Shown in pieces: positions 36,700-46,392 of a stretch of 64,000 bases of DNA (positions within the stretch are counted from its first letter, which is position 1; each line of letters begins with the position of its first letter). The stretch is taken from positions 124,001-188,000 of the IMG/VR virus record IMGVR_UViG_3300018080_008436; one strand, 5' to 3'. The position numbers were made by a program, and so were the translations under genes. The notes beneath the pieces were generated by a model, which was given only the letters and a program-made list of their open reading frames with translations, ran no database searches and was not told the origin of the DNA.

Positions 36700-37941
36700 C
36701 TAAGCGTATGGATTGGTCCATAATTTAACCATGTCATATAAACGTTGCTTCTGTTCATCAACAGAATATCGGATCTCTTCTAGATTCTCGCAACAGCCTA
36801 AATAAACATTAACAGCCCTCTCAAGAACTTTGACCCTAAGTTGGGTATTGTCGTACCTTTTTTTGTTACAAGCAACGACAACATCTCTAGCATATGCAAC
36901 CATCATATCAGCAATAAAAGGCATAGGAACAACTTCGCCTTTCTTGACGGCTTTGCTAGTGGTTTTGGTCTTTTGGGGTTCGATATTGATGTATTTCTCT
37001 GGGATGCCAAGTTTCCTCGTCATGAACTCCTTAAGATTATCAGGATCGTTCATTGATATTGAGATCTTCTTCTTTTCAGAAGGTGGTATCTGATCATTAT
37101 GCCAAATACAAGATGGGAATTTGCCCATTTCCAACAATTCATGACGTATGGTTCCCCAGTCAAGACCCTGACTATACAAATGACAAATCGCCAAATGCCA
37201 TCTAGCTTTGGTAACAATAATTTGTGCTAAAACATTTGCATTGATTCCAAGGTTAGAAAAACTTTCCAAAGATGAAATTGCGTTGCCATAGTCTTTATCC
37301 AAGTCATTGCCAAACTTATAAAGCACAGCTTCTTTGGACGAGGGAAAAGTATTGTCAAGGATGAACTCTTTGGTAACTCGCTCTGGAGCAGTGAAACAAA
37401 GCTTACTAACCTCAGATGAAATCATGGATCGATTCTTACCAACAAGATCGACAAAGATCCTGGCGGCAACACTGTCAACAATCCTTTTTCTTTTCTTGAA
37501 AAGTTCTTGCACATACTTAACAGAGTCTTTCTGATCATTCTCAGCGAAGTCCCCGCCATTATTAACCAGAACAAAACCATCAACAGCTTTCAATTCGTTG
37601 ATCCAATCTTGCCATGTCTTGTTGATACCTTTTTTGGGATCAATCTTAATCTGACCTTCTGAGTCCCATATAACAAACTTCAAATCATCTGAGTTTGATT
37701 TGACTAAATCCACTATAAATGATCGAATCTGCTTTCGGTTTGGGAGATCAGTGATCAAGACGACTTTCTTGGACTGACCTAACTGCCTGAAACCAGAAAT
37801 CATTCTGATCTCATCAGGGGATTGTTTCGTTGCAGAAACGGTTTCCCAGTAGTACGACTTGTATTTGTTTTTAGCCTTAACTACGGTATTCTTCCCTAAC
37901 TGGGTATCACCGATAACCAAGACAACAGAGAACATTGACAT
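36700..37941 (-). CDS. holA: DNA Pol III delta (clamp loader) subunit-like
   Basis: AARIFVDLVGKN..ISSEVSKL..VTKEFI resembles the HolA lid; adjacent to dnaN and dnaX. Confidence 0.6.
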   Translation of the reverse strand: MSMFSVVLVIGDTQLGKNTVVKAKNKYKSYYWETVSATKQSPDEIRMISGFRQLGQSKKVVLITDLPNRKQIRSFIVDLVKSNSDDLKFVIWDSEGQIKIDPKKGINKTWQDWINELKAVDGFVLVNNGGDFAENDQKDSVKYVQELFKKRKRIVDSVAARIFVDLVGKNRSMISSEVSKLCFTAPERVTKEFILDNTFPSSKEAVLYKFGNDLDKDYGNAISSLESFSNLGINANVLAQIIVTKARWHLAICHLYSQGLDWGTIRHELLEMGKFPSCIWHNDQIPPSEKKKISISMNDPDNLKEFMTRKLGIPEKYINIEPQKTKTTSKAVKKGEVVPMPFIADMMVAYARDVVVACNKKRYDNTQLRVKVLERAVNVYLGCCENLEEIRYSVDEQKQRLYDMVKLWTNPYA

Positions 37942-37943
37942 AA

Positions 37944-39266
37944 TTAGTCCTTCAGAAGCTTGTAATAAATCGGATTGTCAACTGCCATTGAGTAGTATTG
38001 GAGATTTGGATCGGCCTTGCTGACAATTCTAACAGATCTCATATCATCAGGAATAGTGAAGAAGATACTGTCATCCTCAATGACCTTGGAAACTTCCGTA
38101 ATATGTTTGACTCCCCAAACGGCCTTGAGGCTTTTCTTCAAATCCTCAACTGGTGCATTTGAAACATTGGGAGCATAACCTCTTTCGGAAACAGCATGAA
38201 CGACAAGCATATCGCCTTTGTCACTCTGGCTGAAGTTAAAAAGGACGACATGATCATTGACCAATGAGGCAGATACCAAACGATTCATCAGAGTTGACTT
38301 TGGGACACTGGCAAGATCCTCGTACTTCTTGGACATAAGCAGTGCAATCGTTGGAAACCCATTGAACTTTGAAGCTCCAACAGTAGTCAGTCTGACATAC
38401 CATTTCCCCACCTTTAAATAGACTTTGTCTTTCTTGGCATCGTAGGAAACCTCAATATCTGCCCCTTCTGAAAGCTTGGAGATACTTTTTAGGAAAGAGG
38501 ACGGAATCAGAATCTTTTGGCCATGACTCATGTTACCATCTTTCACTGTTGTTTCAACGAAGAACTCTTTATTGACATCTGTCGCCTGATCAAGTTTATA
38601 GATGGAGCATCTATGAGCATCAGTTGCGGCGAGGCAAACACTACCTCCAAAACTCTCAATGGCAACACTGTCAAGAACATGCTGATAATCTTTGGGTTGA
38701 GAGGCAAAAGCGACATTCTTCAACGCTTTTGTCATTTGCTCTGAAGGGATGGTTATAACTGAATCTGGGGCCTGTTTGAAGTCAACGCTCTTAAGCTGAG
38801 AGTGGTCGTAACAGTCAACATGCCATCTGTTACCCGTCTTTGAGTCATCTCTTGAAGCCAACTTCAAATTACCAATCTTTTTGACTGACAAAGAATCATC
38901 TTCACTGTAGTCCATATCCCCATCACTGGACTTAATGACCTCTGGAGTATCGAGTTTTGCCAGATTCAGAACAATCTTGGACTTGGTTTGCTTTGAGGCC
39001 CAATCATACAATAGCTTAGCGGGAACAAGAATTGTTCCACCCTCTTTTACATCAATTCCGTTCTCTTTTTCTGACTTCATTGACCATTTGGTGGCGACCA
39101 GACTCGTACCAGATTCGACAATAAAATCATCCCCGACAGTGATTTTAACAGATTGAATTAGAGGGGCAAAGCTACTGGTATCTCCTTGAGCTTCATCTGA
39201 AAGAGCCGCCATTGCCCCTTTTTCCAATGCACGGACTAATACTGTTTGATCGATTGCAAGTTTCAT
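37944..39266 (-). CDS. dnaN: DNA Pol III beta sliding clamp
   Basis: EGGTILVPAK, VAFA, AATDAHR, ILIP, FP motifs. Confidence 0.85.
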   Translation of the reverse strand: MKLAIDQTVLVRALEKGAMAALSDEAQGDTSSFAPLIQSVKITVGDDFIVESGTSLVATKWSMKSEKENGIDVKEGGTILVPAKLLYDWASKQTKSKIVLNLAKLDTPEVIKSSDGDMDYSEDDSLSVKKIGNLKLASRDDSKTGNRWHVDCYDHSQLKSVDFKQAPDSVITIPSEQMTKALKNVAFASQPKDYQHVLDSVAIESFGGSVCLAATDAHRCSIYKLDQATDVNKEFFVETTVKDGNMSHGQKILIPSSFLKSISKLSEGADIEVSYDAKKDKVYLKVGKWYVRLTTVGASKFNGFPTIALLMSKKYEDLASVPKSTLMNRLVSASLVNDHVVLFNFSQSDKGDMLVVHAVSERGYAPNVSNAPVEDLKKSLKAVWGVKHITEVSKVIEDDSIFFTIPDDMRSVRIVSKADPNLQYYSMAVDNPIYYKLLKD

Positions 39267-39343
39267 TGATTTTCTCCTATAAATTAAAACGAAGTTACTT
39301 AATCATACCCTGGAATCTGAGAAATGCAAGATAAATCAGGGAA

Positions 39344-40186
39344 TTACCGTTCCATAAATAATGGTAATCCATCTGGACTGGAGTCTTCTTTAAGCTTACA
39401 AGCTTTTTTCCTGATCCTCCATAAAGCATTATCAACGGCTTTGTTCCGTTTAACTCTCTCATGCAGAGGTAATTCGGTGTAGTCTTCTCCCATTCTTTCA
39501 GTGATATTACGTCCAATCTCTTTGTACGATGCGTTAGTAAGATATTCTTCCAATACCATCTTCTCGAAGTCTGACAGAGAATTCATCAACGTCATTCGAG
39601 TGACAGCAATTGCCTCTTTCTGTTCTGTTGCCTCATCAACTGCTGGATTTTCATCTGGGATCAGGTTAGCAAACGTATTGTTCGGCTGATCCTCATTTGG
39701 AGAAACTTGACTATCAAGTGATACCGCTCTGTTAATGGACTGATCTCTTTGTCGGTTCTTTGAGGCGTTAAGAATGGTTATCAAATGCCTTCGAATACAC
39801 ATCTTGGCAAAATTAAGGAAACTCATTCCTTTGCCAGTTTTGAAATTCGGTATTGCCTTAAACCTCAAAGCGATCAACGCTTCTTGATACGTATCTGAAT
39901 GATCCATCCCTCTTATATAAGGAAATTGTTTGAGGACCACATTGACCAGATAGCTATGCATATAGAGCAGTATGCGTTCATACTCATAATCGCTTTCTGG
40001 ACTTTCAGGATCTTTCTGAATCTTGACAACGAGCTTGTCAAGTTCTTCCTGGACTTCTTTTGGTGTCCCGACCAAAGGACTTTTTATTGCTGGAATTCTA
40101 AAGAGGACATCTTCTACATATGTGTCCTTCTTTGGTTCCAAGACCATCTGATCTATATTGTTCTTAAATCTGCTTACAAACTCCAT
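39344..40186 (-). CDS. SigH (Spo0H)-like sigma factor
   Basis: DTYQEALIAL, SFLNFAKMCIRRHLIT, VSLD, LSDFEKMVL, SYKEI, KAVDNALWRIRKK. Confidence 0.85.
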   Translation of the reverse strand: MEFVSRFKNNIDQMVLEPKKDTYVEDVLFRIPAIKSPLVGTPKEVQEELDKLVVKIQKDPESPESDYEYERILLYMHSYLVNVVLKQFPYIRGMDHSDTYQEALIALRFKAIPNFKTGKGMSFLNFAKMCIRRHLITILNASKNRQRDQSINRAVSLDSQVSPNEDQPNNTFANLIPDENPAVDEATEQKEAIAVTRMTLMNSLSDFEKMVLEEYLTNASYKEIGRNITERMGEDYTELPLHERVKRNKAVDNALWRIRKKACKLKEDSSPDGLPLFMER

Positions 40187-40231
40187 CTTTACCTTTCCCT
40201 TAAGGGAGAAGGTGTTGAAAACTCAATGCGT

Positions 40232-41410
40232 CTAACTTTTCTTCTTAAACCTTGCTGTACATCTAATAAGTGCTGATTCCAAAACCAATCTCTTGTTTAT
40301 ACTATAAGTCAGCTTCTTCTCAACCTCTGTGAAGTCATCTGACATAGCGTTAATCTGGCCCAAAGTCATCCTTCGACCCAAATCCACTAGTTTTTTAATT
40401 TCATGGTCGGGAAGATCGACAAGACGAGTCTTCTCCCCTGAAAGTTTGATTACCTGAATCCCTCGAAAAACTTCAGTGATTTCATACAAGATGCTTTTCA
40501 AGTCTGCTGATCCAACAATCATATCATTACATTGCTCTAAAACCATGACGTAATCTGCCTTGGCCATAGATTCTACCAAATCATAAACCCCCTTGCGATC
40601 TGCTACCCCGAAGTATTTGTAGACTGCCTTCTCTGTAACTTCTCTATCTCCAGCGGCAGTGGAAATCTGCTCCAGATAACCAATCGCATCCCTCATACTC
40701 CCTCTTCCAAGACGGGCAAGTGAGTGGAAGGCTCCTTCCTCAACATTTATCTTCTCTTGCTCAGCAATATACTTTAGTCTTTGAGCGATAAGATTAGAAG
40801 GAATTTTGTGGAAAAGATGTCTTTGGGATCTTGATTGAATAGTATCGGGTATTTTGTCCTGCTCAGTGGTACAGAAAATGAAGACTAAATATTCAGGGGG
40901 TTCCTCTACGATCTTCAATAAAGAAGATATAGCCGTAGAGCTTAACTGATGACACTCATCAATAATAAACACTTTCTTCTTCAATTCCTGAGGACTCCAT
41001 GATGCGCTATCAATAAGGCTATTAATATCCTCGACCTTACGTTGTTTGGCTCCATCAAGCTCCTTGACATCAACTGCACTACCAAAAGGAATCGACTTAC
41101 ATGCTGGGCACTCTCCACAAACTTTGCCATCTTGAACGTTTTCGCAGTTCATAAGATTAGCAACAATTCTAGCTGAAGAAGTCTTACCGCAACCCTTCGT
41201 ACCACAAAACAGATAGGAATGGGCATATCTGTCGTTTTTGGACGCTTGCTTGATCGTTGAAACGATGTTCCTCTGTCCTACCAAATCATCCAATTGAGTT
41301 GGTCTATACTTCAGATAGAGTGAATTTTTACTCATTAGTCTTGTCCTTTTGTATACTTTTATTATACCATGATTACGATAATAATATAACAGTATTTTCA
41401 AATTTGACAA
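40232..41410 (-). CDS. dnaX: DNA Pol III gamma/tau clamp loader (likely start MSKNSLY)
   Basis: KYRP, HSYLFCGTKGCGKTS, CGECPAC, IIDECH, EEPP, TIQSR, GSMRDA. Confidence 0.93.
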   Translation of the reverse strand: MSNLKILLYYYRNHGIIKVYKRTRLMSKNSLYLKYRPTQLDDLVGQRNIVSTIKQASKNDRYAHSYLFCGTKGCGKTSSARIVANLMNCENVQDGKVCGECPACKSIPFGSAVDVKELDGAKQRKVEDINSLIDSASWSPQELKKKVFIIDECHQLSSTAISSLLKIVEEPPEYLVFIFCTTEQDKIPDTIQSRSQRHLFHKIPSNLIAQRLKYIAEQEKINVEEGAFHSLARLGRGSMRDAIGYLEQISTAAGDREVTEKAVYKYFGVADRKGVYDLVESMAKADYVMVLEQCNDMIVGSADLKSILYEITEVFRGIQVIKLSGEKTRLVDLPDHEIKKLVDLGRRMTLGQINAMSDDFTEVEKKLTYSINKRLVLESALIRCTARFKKKS

Positions 41411-41452
41411 GATAAGAGGCAGGAATATTCTTCATTTTCTGAGAATGGGCGG

Positions 41453-41743
41453 TTAGATGACCTTAGAGAAAGGCGTTTTATTATCCTCTTCCCTCAGATC
41501 GGCAATAACAATTCTTGTTTCGGCTCTAGCACACATCAAGGCATAATTTACCCAATAACGGGAACTGATATTATATCCTTTATCCCTAACTCGCTGAACT
41601 TCTTCATCTGTTAATTCTTTTTTGAACAATGCTTCACCAAAATTTCTTGCATGCTCATCAAGATATTCTATGTGATATCCTTGATCAATATAGCTTTGTA
41701 CTTTGTCCGAATTGTCTTTCAAAATTCCAATGATAATTTTCAT
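41453..41743 (-). CDS. Hypothetical protein resembling a P-loop-less dNMP kinase fragment
   Basis: MKIIIG..YWVN..IVIADLR; no Walker A. Confidence 0.45.
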   Translation of the reverse strand: MKIIIGILKDNSDKVQSYIDQGYHIEYLDEHARNFGEALFKKELTDEEVQRVRDKGYNISSRYWVNYALMCARAETRIVIADLREEDNKTPFSKVI

Positions 41744-42795
41744 TATGGAGTCCCCAATGCTTTCCCTACACCAACAAATGGTAACGTATGGAGCAACGCT
41801 CTTGTGCTACCCGTTCTCTCGATAGGTTTATAGATTACGGTCAATTCTTCTTCAAAATCTGGTGCAGTAGCTCCAGGCCCAAACCCTGCGGATGGTGGTG
41901 CTCCAGGAAACCCTGCGGATGGTGGGCTTCCGAAAGAGAATGAAGCAGATACTGAGGAAGTAGCGAATCCACCTGATGGAGGAGTTCCACCGAACCCGTC
42001 AGATGGAGCATCCCCATCAAACCCGTCAGATGGCAGAGATCCAAAATACCCTCCGCTCTTTGCGACAACGCAATCATCTGTTATCTTTATTTTGATCGTA
42101 TCTGAATCAGTATCTTTATCAAGATCTTCATAGTCTATCCCCTTGATATAGTAAACAACACTTCCAGTTACTTCTTGCATACCAACTCTTATGTATTTGG
42201 GAAATAATTCCCTATTAACATTTCCTCCAGTGGTATAGATAGGGATACAGTTATTGTTTACGGAGAAAGTAAACATTTGTACAGGGTTTGTACTATCTGT
42301 AGTAATCTCAACTTGATCCCATGTGATAAGTTTCTCAGGGGTATCATAACGAAGAGTACCAGTTCCTTCTTCAATGTATCTTCCCATAACGTCAACTTGA
42401 ACCGTTACAACTTCCCCTGCCGTAGAGGTAAAGGTAAAGTTATTAACTCTACACTTATCAAAAACTCTAGCAACATCATCACAAGCATAATGGAATGTCA
42501 ATTTGAATTCATCACCATTCCTTGCCAGATCAAAAGTCTTCTGAAGATTGAAAACTGTTGCAGGAAAAGTAAAACTACCTGTGCATATTTTTGTTCCAGG
42601 TCTCCAGAAATACTTCTGGACATTCAAATTGCCAGCATCACCTTTTGTACTTAAACCTTTTGGGACGCTGTCTCTGAGACCAATGATGTGATCGTAGAAC
42701 GATACTTCTTGCTTGACATTTACATTAAAATCTGAAACGCGAATCTTGAGACCATCGATCTCGCAGATCCCCATATAACCGCCTTTGAGAGCCAT
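41743..42795 (-). CDS. Putative tail-tube-like structural protein with an inserted 9-aa G/F/P repeat
   Basis: Beta-rich pattern (GSFTF, FTFTSTAGE, FTFSVNNN, VTGSV); tail-tube call is inference. Confidence 0.5.
   Translation of the reverse strand: MALKGGYMGICEIDGLKIRVSDFNVNVKQEVSFYDHIIGLRDSVPKGLSTKGDAGNLNVQKYFWRPGTKICTGSFTFPATVFNLQKTFDLARNGDEFKLTFHYACDDVARVFDKCRVNNFTFTSTAGEVVTVQVDVMGRYIEEGTGTLRYDTPEKLITWDQVEITTDSTNPVQMFTFSVNNNCIPIYTTGGNVNRELFPKYIRVGMQEVTGSVVYYIKGIDYEDLDKDTDSDTIKIKITDDCVVAKSGGYFGSLPSDGFDGDAPSDGFGGTPPSGGFATSSVSASFSFGSPPSAGFPGAPPSAGFGPGATAPDFEEELTVIYKPIERTGSTRALLHTLPFVGVGKALGTP
41875..42050 (-). repeat. Imperfect 27-bp tandem repeats (PSDGFDGDA / PSDGFGGTP / PSAGFPGAP ...)
   Basis: aaaccctgcggatggtgg x2 and aacccgtcagatgg x2, each at 27-nt spacing. 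Confidence 0.8.
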
Positions 42796-42804
42796 AGATT
42801 CACC

Positions 42805-44787
42805 TTATACATCTAGTATATCATCTACGGCGCTTGATTCGGTATGTTTACACTTGGGATACTGATTACAGCCGTAGAAGTATGAGTTATCTTTTTTATT
42901 CTTTCTCTTAATCAGATAACCCTTTCTCTTGGCTTTTTTGCATTCAGGACACGGCTTACTCTTATCTATCTTCTGAACAACTCTTTCCGTAAACTTCCCA
43001 TCCTCTCCGAGATTGAAGATCGTTTTGCAATCTGGATATCTATCGCAGGCATAGAAAATACCATACTTCCCACCCTTCTCGACAATATTCCCTTCTCCAC
43101 AAGAAGTGCATTTCATTGAACCTACAACCTTAGCGGCAGTCCCTCTAGCCTTCCTGATCTCTTCCATCATCTTATCGTAGGTTTCTTTGACAACTTCAAT
43201 GTAAGTTTTAGTCCCCTCACAAATAACATCCAAAGCTTCTTCCAATAAAGCTGTGTATTTGATGTCCATAATGAAATCATCAAAATGTTCTCCCAAATAA
43301 TCGGAGACTCTGATCCCCAACTCAGTCGCTTCCAATACACCTTTCTTGTTAAGCTTCTTTACATACTCCCTCTTCTGAATATTCTCCATGATAGCAGGAT
43401 ATGTCGAGGGCCTTCCTACACCTTCATCTTCCATTTTCTTGACCAACGAACCTTCATTGTATCTTGGAGGTGGTTTGGTTGTACCTTTGGTCTTATCCAA
43501 CTTCAATAAGTCCAGAGCTTCCCCTTCTTTACAAGCAGGAAGAGTATTCTCTTTAGTAGAGATATGTTTATAAACCTTTGACCATCCATCAAACCTGACT
43601 GTCTGACCCTTGGCTATCAACATGTTCTTTGTACTCGCCTTAACATGATATGTGACAGTATCAACAATCATTGGAGTCATTTGACAAGCGATAAAACGCT
43701 CTCGAATGAGCTTATATAACTTTTTCTGATCTGCTGGAAGATCATTTCCAGAATATGAGCAATCTGTAGGTCTAATGCACTCATGGGCCTCTTGGGCCGA
43801 ACTCTTTGCCTTCTTTTTGAAGTAATTTGGCTTAGAGGGCAAGTATTGATCCCCTACATTACTCTTAATAAGTTTTCTAGCCTCTTCTACGGCCTCTTTA
43901 GATATATTGTAGGAATCGGTACGGATATACGTTACATGGCCTTGTTCGTACAGTTTCTGGGCATTTTGGGCTGTCTTCTTAACAGGCCAGTTGAATAACG
44001 TTGACGCTGTAGTTTGTAATGATGATGTATCAAAAGGAGGTTTGGCCTTTTCCTTCTTCTCCTTCTTCTCGATCTTGTGCATCAAGTAATCTGCTTTCTC
44101 AAGCTTCTTGTACTCATCCTCTGCCAATTTCTTGTCAAGATATCTGTTATCTTTGTCCTTAGTGACAACTCTGGCAGTAAACTGACCTTCTTTGGCCTTC
44201 AAGTCTGCATCTATATACCAAAAATCAGTGGGCTTAAACGCCTTGATTTCCTTTTCTCTATCTGCTACAATCTTCAAAGCAATTGACTGAACTCTGCCAG
44301 CAGATGTCTTGGAAGCGACTTTATTCCATAATAAAGGTGAAATAGAGTAGCCGATAAGTCTATCCAGAACTTGTCGAGCCTTCTGAGCGTCAACCATTTT
44401 TTGATCGATGTCTCTCTTGTTATTTAATGAATCCCGAACAGGTTTGGGCTTAATCTCGGTAAAAGTAACTCTCTTGCACTTAGCTTGGTCTCTCTTTGGC
44501 AAGATGTCATAGATATGGAAGGCAATCGCCTCACCTTCTCGGTCTTGGTCAGTCGCCAAAAGGATTTCTTCTGCTTGAGAAGCAAGTTTCTTGATATTTT
44601 TTACGACATCACCCCTCCCTCTGGAGACCTCAAATTTCGGCTCGAAACCGTTTTCGATGTCGATATTCATACCTTTTGCTGGTATGCTCCTAATGTGTCC
44701 AACTGAGGCAATTATGTTATATTCCTTTCCCAGAATCTTCCTCAAAGTACCACATTTATTTGGACTTTCTACAATGAATAGCTTCAT
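42805..44787 (-). CDS. topA: DNA topoisomerase I (type IA)
   Basis: IVESP, ASVGH, ATDQDREGEAI, SAGRVQS, TYIRTDS, AHECIRPT, GRPSTY, Zn ribbons. Confidence 0.96.
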   Translation of the reverse strand: MKLFIVESPNKCGTLRKILGKEYNIIASVGHIRSIPAKGMNIDIENGFEPKFEVSRGRGDVVKNIKKLASQAEEILLATDQDREGEAIAFHIYDILPKRDQAKCKRVTFTEIKPKPVRDSLNNKRDIDQKMVDAQKARQVLDRLIGYSISPLLWNKVASKTSAGRVQSIALKIVADREKEIKAFKPTDFWYIDADLKAKEGQFTARVVTKDKDNRYLDKKLAEDEYKKLEKADYLMHKIEKKEKKEKAKPPFDTSSLQTTASTLFNWPVKKTAQNAQKLYEQGHVTYIRTDSYNISKEAVEEARKLIKSNVGDQYLPSKPNYFKKKAKSSAQEAHECIRPTDCSYSGNDLPADQKKLYKLIRERFIACQMTPMIVDTVTYHVKASTKNMLIAKGQTVRFDGWSKVYKHISTKENTLPACKEGEALDLLKLDKTKGTTKPPPRYNEGSLVKKMEDEGVGRPSTYPAIMENIQKREYVKKLNKKGVLEATELGIRVSDYLGEHFDDFIMDIKYTALLEEALDVICEGTKTYIEVVKETYDKMMEEIRKARGTAAKVVGSMKCTSCGEGNIVEKGGKYGIFYACDRYPDCKTIFNLGEDGKFTERVVQKIDKSKPCPECKKAKRKGYLIKRKNKKDNSYFYGCNQYPKCKHTESSAVDDILDV

Positions 44788-44902
44788 GTCTCTATCCCCT
44801 ATGTTTGTTTGAAGTACATGAATTATTATACAAAATAGCAGGGGAACTTTTCATTCACTATGAAATAAAGATCCATAGCCTTTATTGTGAGGATTAGTTG
44901 AT

Positions 44903-45316
44903 ATGACATTTCTTGAGTTACTTCCAGTAATCTGTACTTTAATAACAATGCTTGGAGCATTGTTTGGTTCAGTAAAGTGGTTGTTGTCTTCTAAAGTTTC
45001 GCCTCTTCAGGATAAGATTAAAGATCTGAGTGAAGAAAATAAAAAGCAATCAGATGAGATTGACGAATTGAAACAAGACTTGGTAGACGATGTCAAAGAA
45101 ATTTCCAAAGGCAATTTCGAGTTTAGATTAAAGTATGAGAATGCTCTGAACGAAATCAAACTTCTCTTGGCTGAGAAGTACACTTGCAAAGAACAATGTG
45201 ACAAAAACATTGCAGATATCAAAAAGAGAATCGAGCAGAACAGTGAGCTTCATCAGATTCATCATGAGGTTCAGACTATACGCAACACTCTCGAAAAAGA
45301 GGGAAAAAGAAAATGA
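44903..45316 (+). CDS. Single-TM coiled-coil protein (holin/XhlA-like?)
   Basis: N-terminal TM followed by coiled coil; class III promoter motif upstream. Confidence 0.55.
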   Translation: MTFLELLPVICTLITMLGALFGSVKWLLSSKVSPLQDKIKDLSEENKKQSDEIDELKQDLVDDVKEISKGNFEFRLKYENALNEIKLLLAEKYTCKEQCDKNIADIKKRIEQNSELHQIHHEVQTIRNTLEKEGKRK

Positions 45317-45636
45317 AAATAATGGTACTGGAGGCAGATCCTCAGGAGCAGGCTTTGATCTCCGATATGTTAAACGATTGTGAAGTTGTATATGAGACAA
45401 AGATCGCAAGAGCAATAAATCGCTTGGGAATCCAAACCATTGACCATGCTTTTGTAGATGCTGATTTCGGTGATGAAAATAGAACTTACAGCTATGAAGA
45501 GCTAACTTCTTTTCTCAATCTGCTTGACATTGACTACTCAGTATTTTCTTCCAATGGGAAAGTCGGAATAAAGAACGGCCAAGTAATCGTCTCTATTCAC
45601 GACATCCCAAAAGTAATGGAAGAAGCTTCGAACTAA
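45313..45636 (+). CDS. Receiver (CheY-like) domain protein
   Basis: MKIMVLEAD..IDHAFVDADF. Confidence 0.55.
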   Translation: MKIMVLEADPQEQALISDMLNDCEVVYETKIARAINRLGIQTIDHAFVDADFGDENRTYSYEELTSFLNLLDIDYSVFSSNGKVGIKNGQVIVSIHDIPKVMEEASN

Positions 45637-46127
45637 TCTTCCTCTCCGTCTTCATTCTCTTCTTCGAGACCTGGACGTAGAGTAAGATCGAAGTCAATTG
45701 GGTCACCCATAGTCAATGATGGAAGATTTGCGCCCTCAACATCCCAATCAAAGCTGACTTTATCAAGAAGAATCTTAAAGTCAACACAATCTGGCTTAAC
45801 CAACTTACCCTCATCCTCAGAGATCCTGAGCAACGCATTGAAAATCGTCCACTCTTTTCTTGGGCCAGTCCAAGTATTCCATCTACTCCACCAAAGTTCA
45901 ATAATGAACCTTGTGGAGACATTGTTCATAAGAAGGATAGCTTTCTCAGCATTCTTTACTGAACGAACCATGAAATCCTTCGATCTCTTGGTTGGCTCTT
46001 TGTTGTCAATCCCAAGTACTGCTATGCGCTCAGGACTCACTCTCCAAAGAACCTCTGGATACTTCTCAACCAACTTCTTGACGATTTCCTGACCCTCTTT
46101 GATTTCTGAATACGTTCTGTCACTCAT
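45633..46127 (-). CDS. Phage metallopeptidase-like protein with degenerate HExxH
   Basis: FIIELWWSRW..EWTIFNALLRI..PD; the HELxH position reads NALLR. Confidence 0.5.
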   Translation of the reverse strand: MSDRTYSEIKEGQEIVKKLVEKYPEVLWRVSPERIAVLGIDNKEPTKRSKDFMVRSVKNAEKAILLMNNVSTRFIIELWWSRWNTWTGPRKEWTIFNALLRISEDEGKLVKPDCVDFKILLDKVSFDWDVEGANLPSLTMGDPIDFDLTLRPGLEEENEDGEED

Positions 46128-46137
46128 TGTTTTTCTC

Positions 46138-46392
46138 CTAATCTAATATTGATACCCAAAGGTCTGGCTCGAACATCTCAAGCCCACCATCTTCCGACAT
46201 TGCTTCCCTATAATTTTGTTTTAAGTAATCTACACCCTGATAAACAAACCATTCCCCATCCCTCAACTCACTAAACATGACCTGATTAGTCATTGATGGC
46301 TGATCCATCGGTTCGAACATCCCATCTAAAGGCCCGATATTCGCTACATTAAACATACCTCGAATGTGCTTCCTTTGTATACGTCCTTGCAA
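46138..46392 (-). CDS. Hypothetical protein
   Basis: ORF track. Confidence 0.5.
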   Translation of the reverse strand: MQGRIQRKHIRGMFNVANIGPLDGMFEPMDQPSMTNQVMFSELRDGEWFVYQGVDYLKQNYREAMSEDGGLEMFEPDLWVSILD

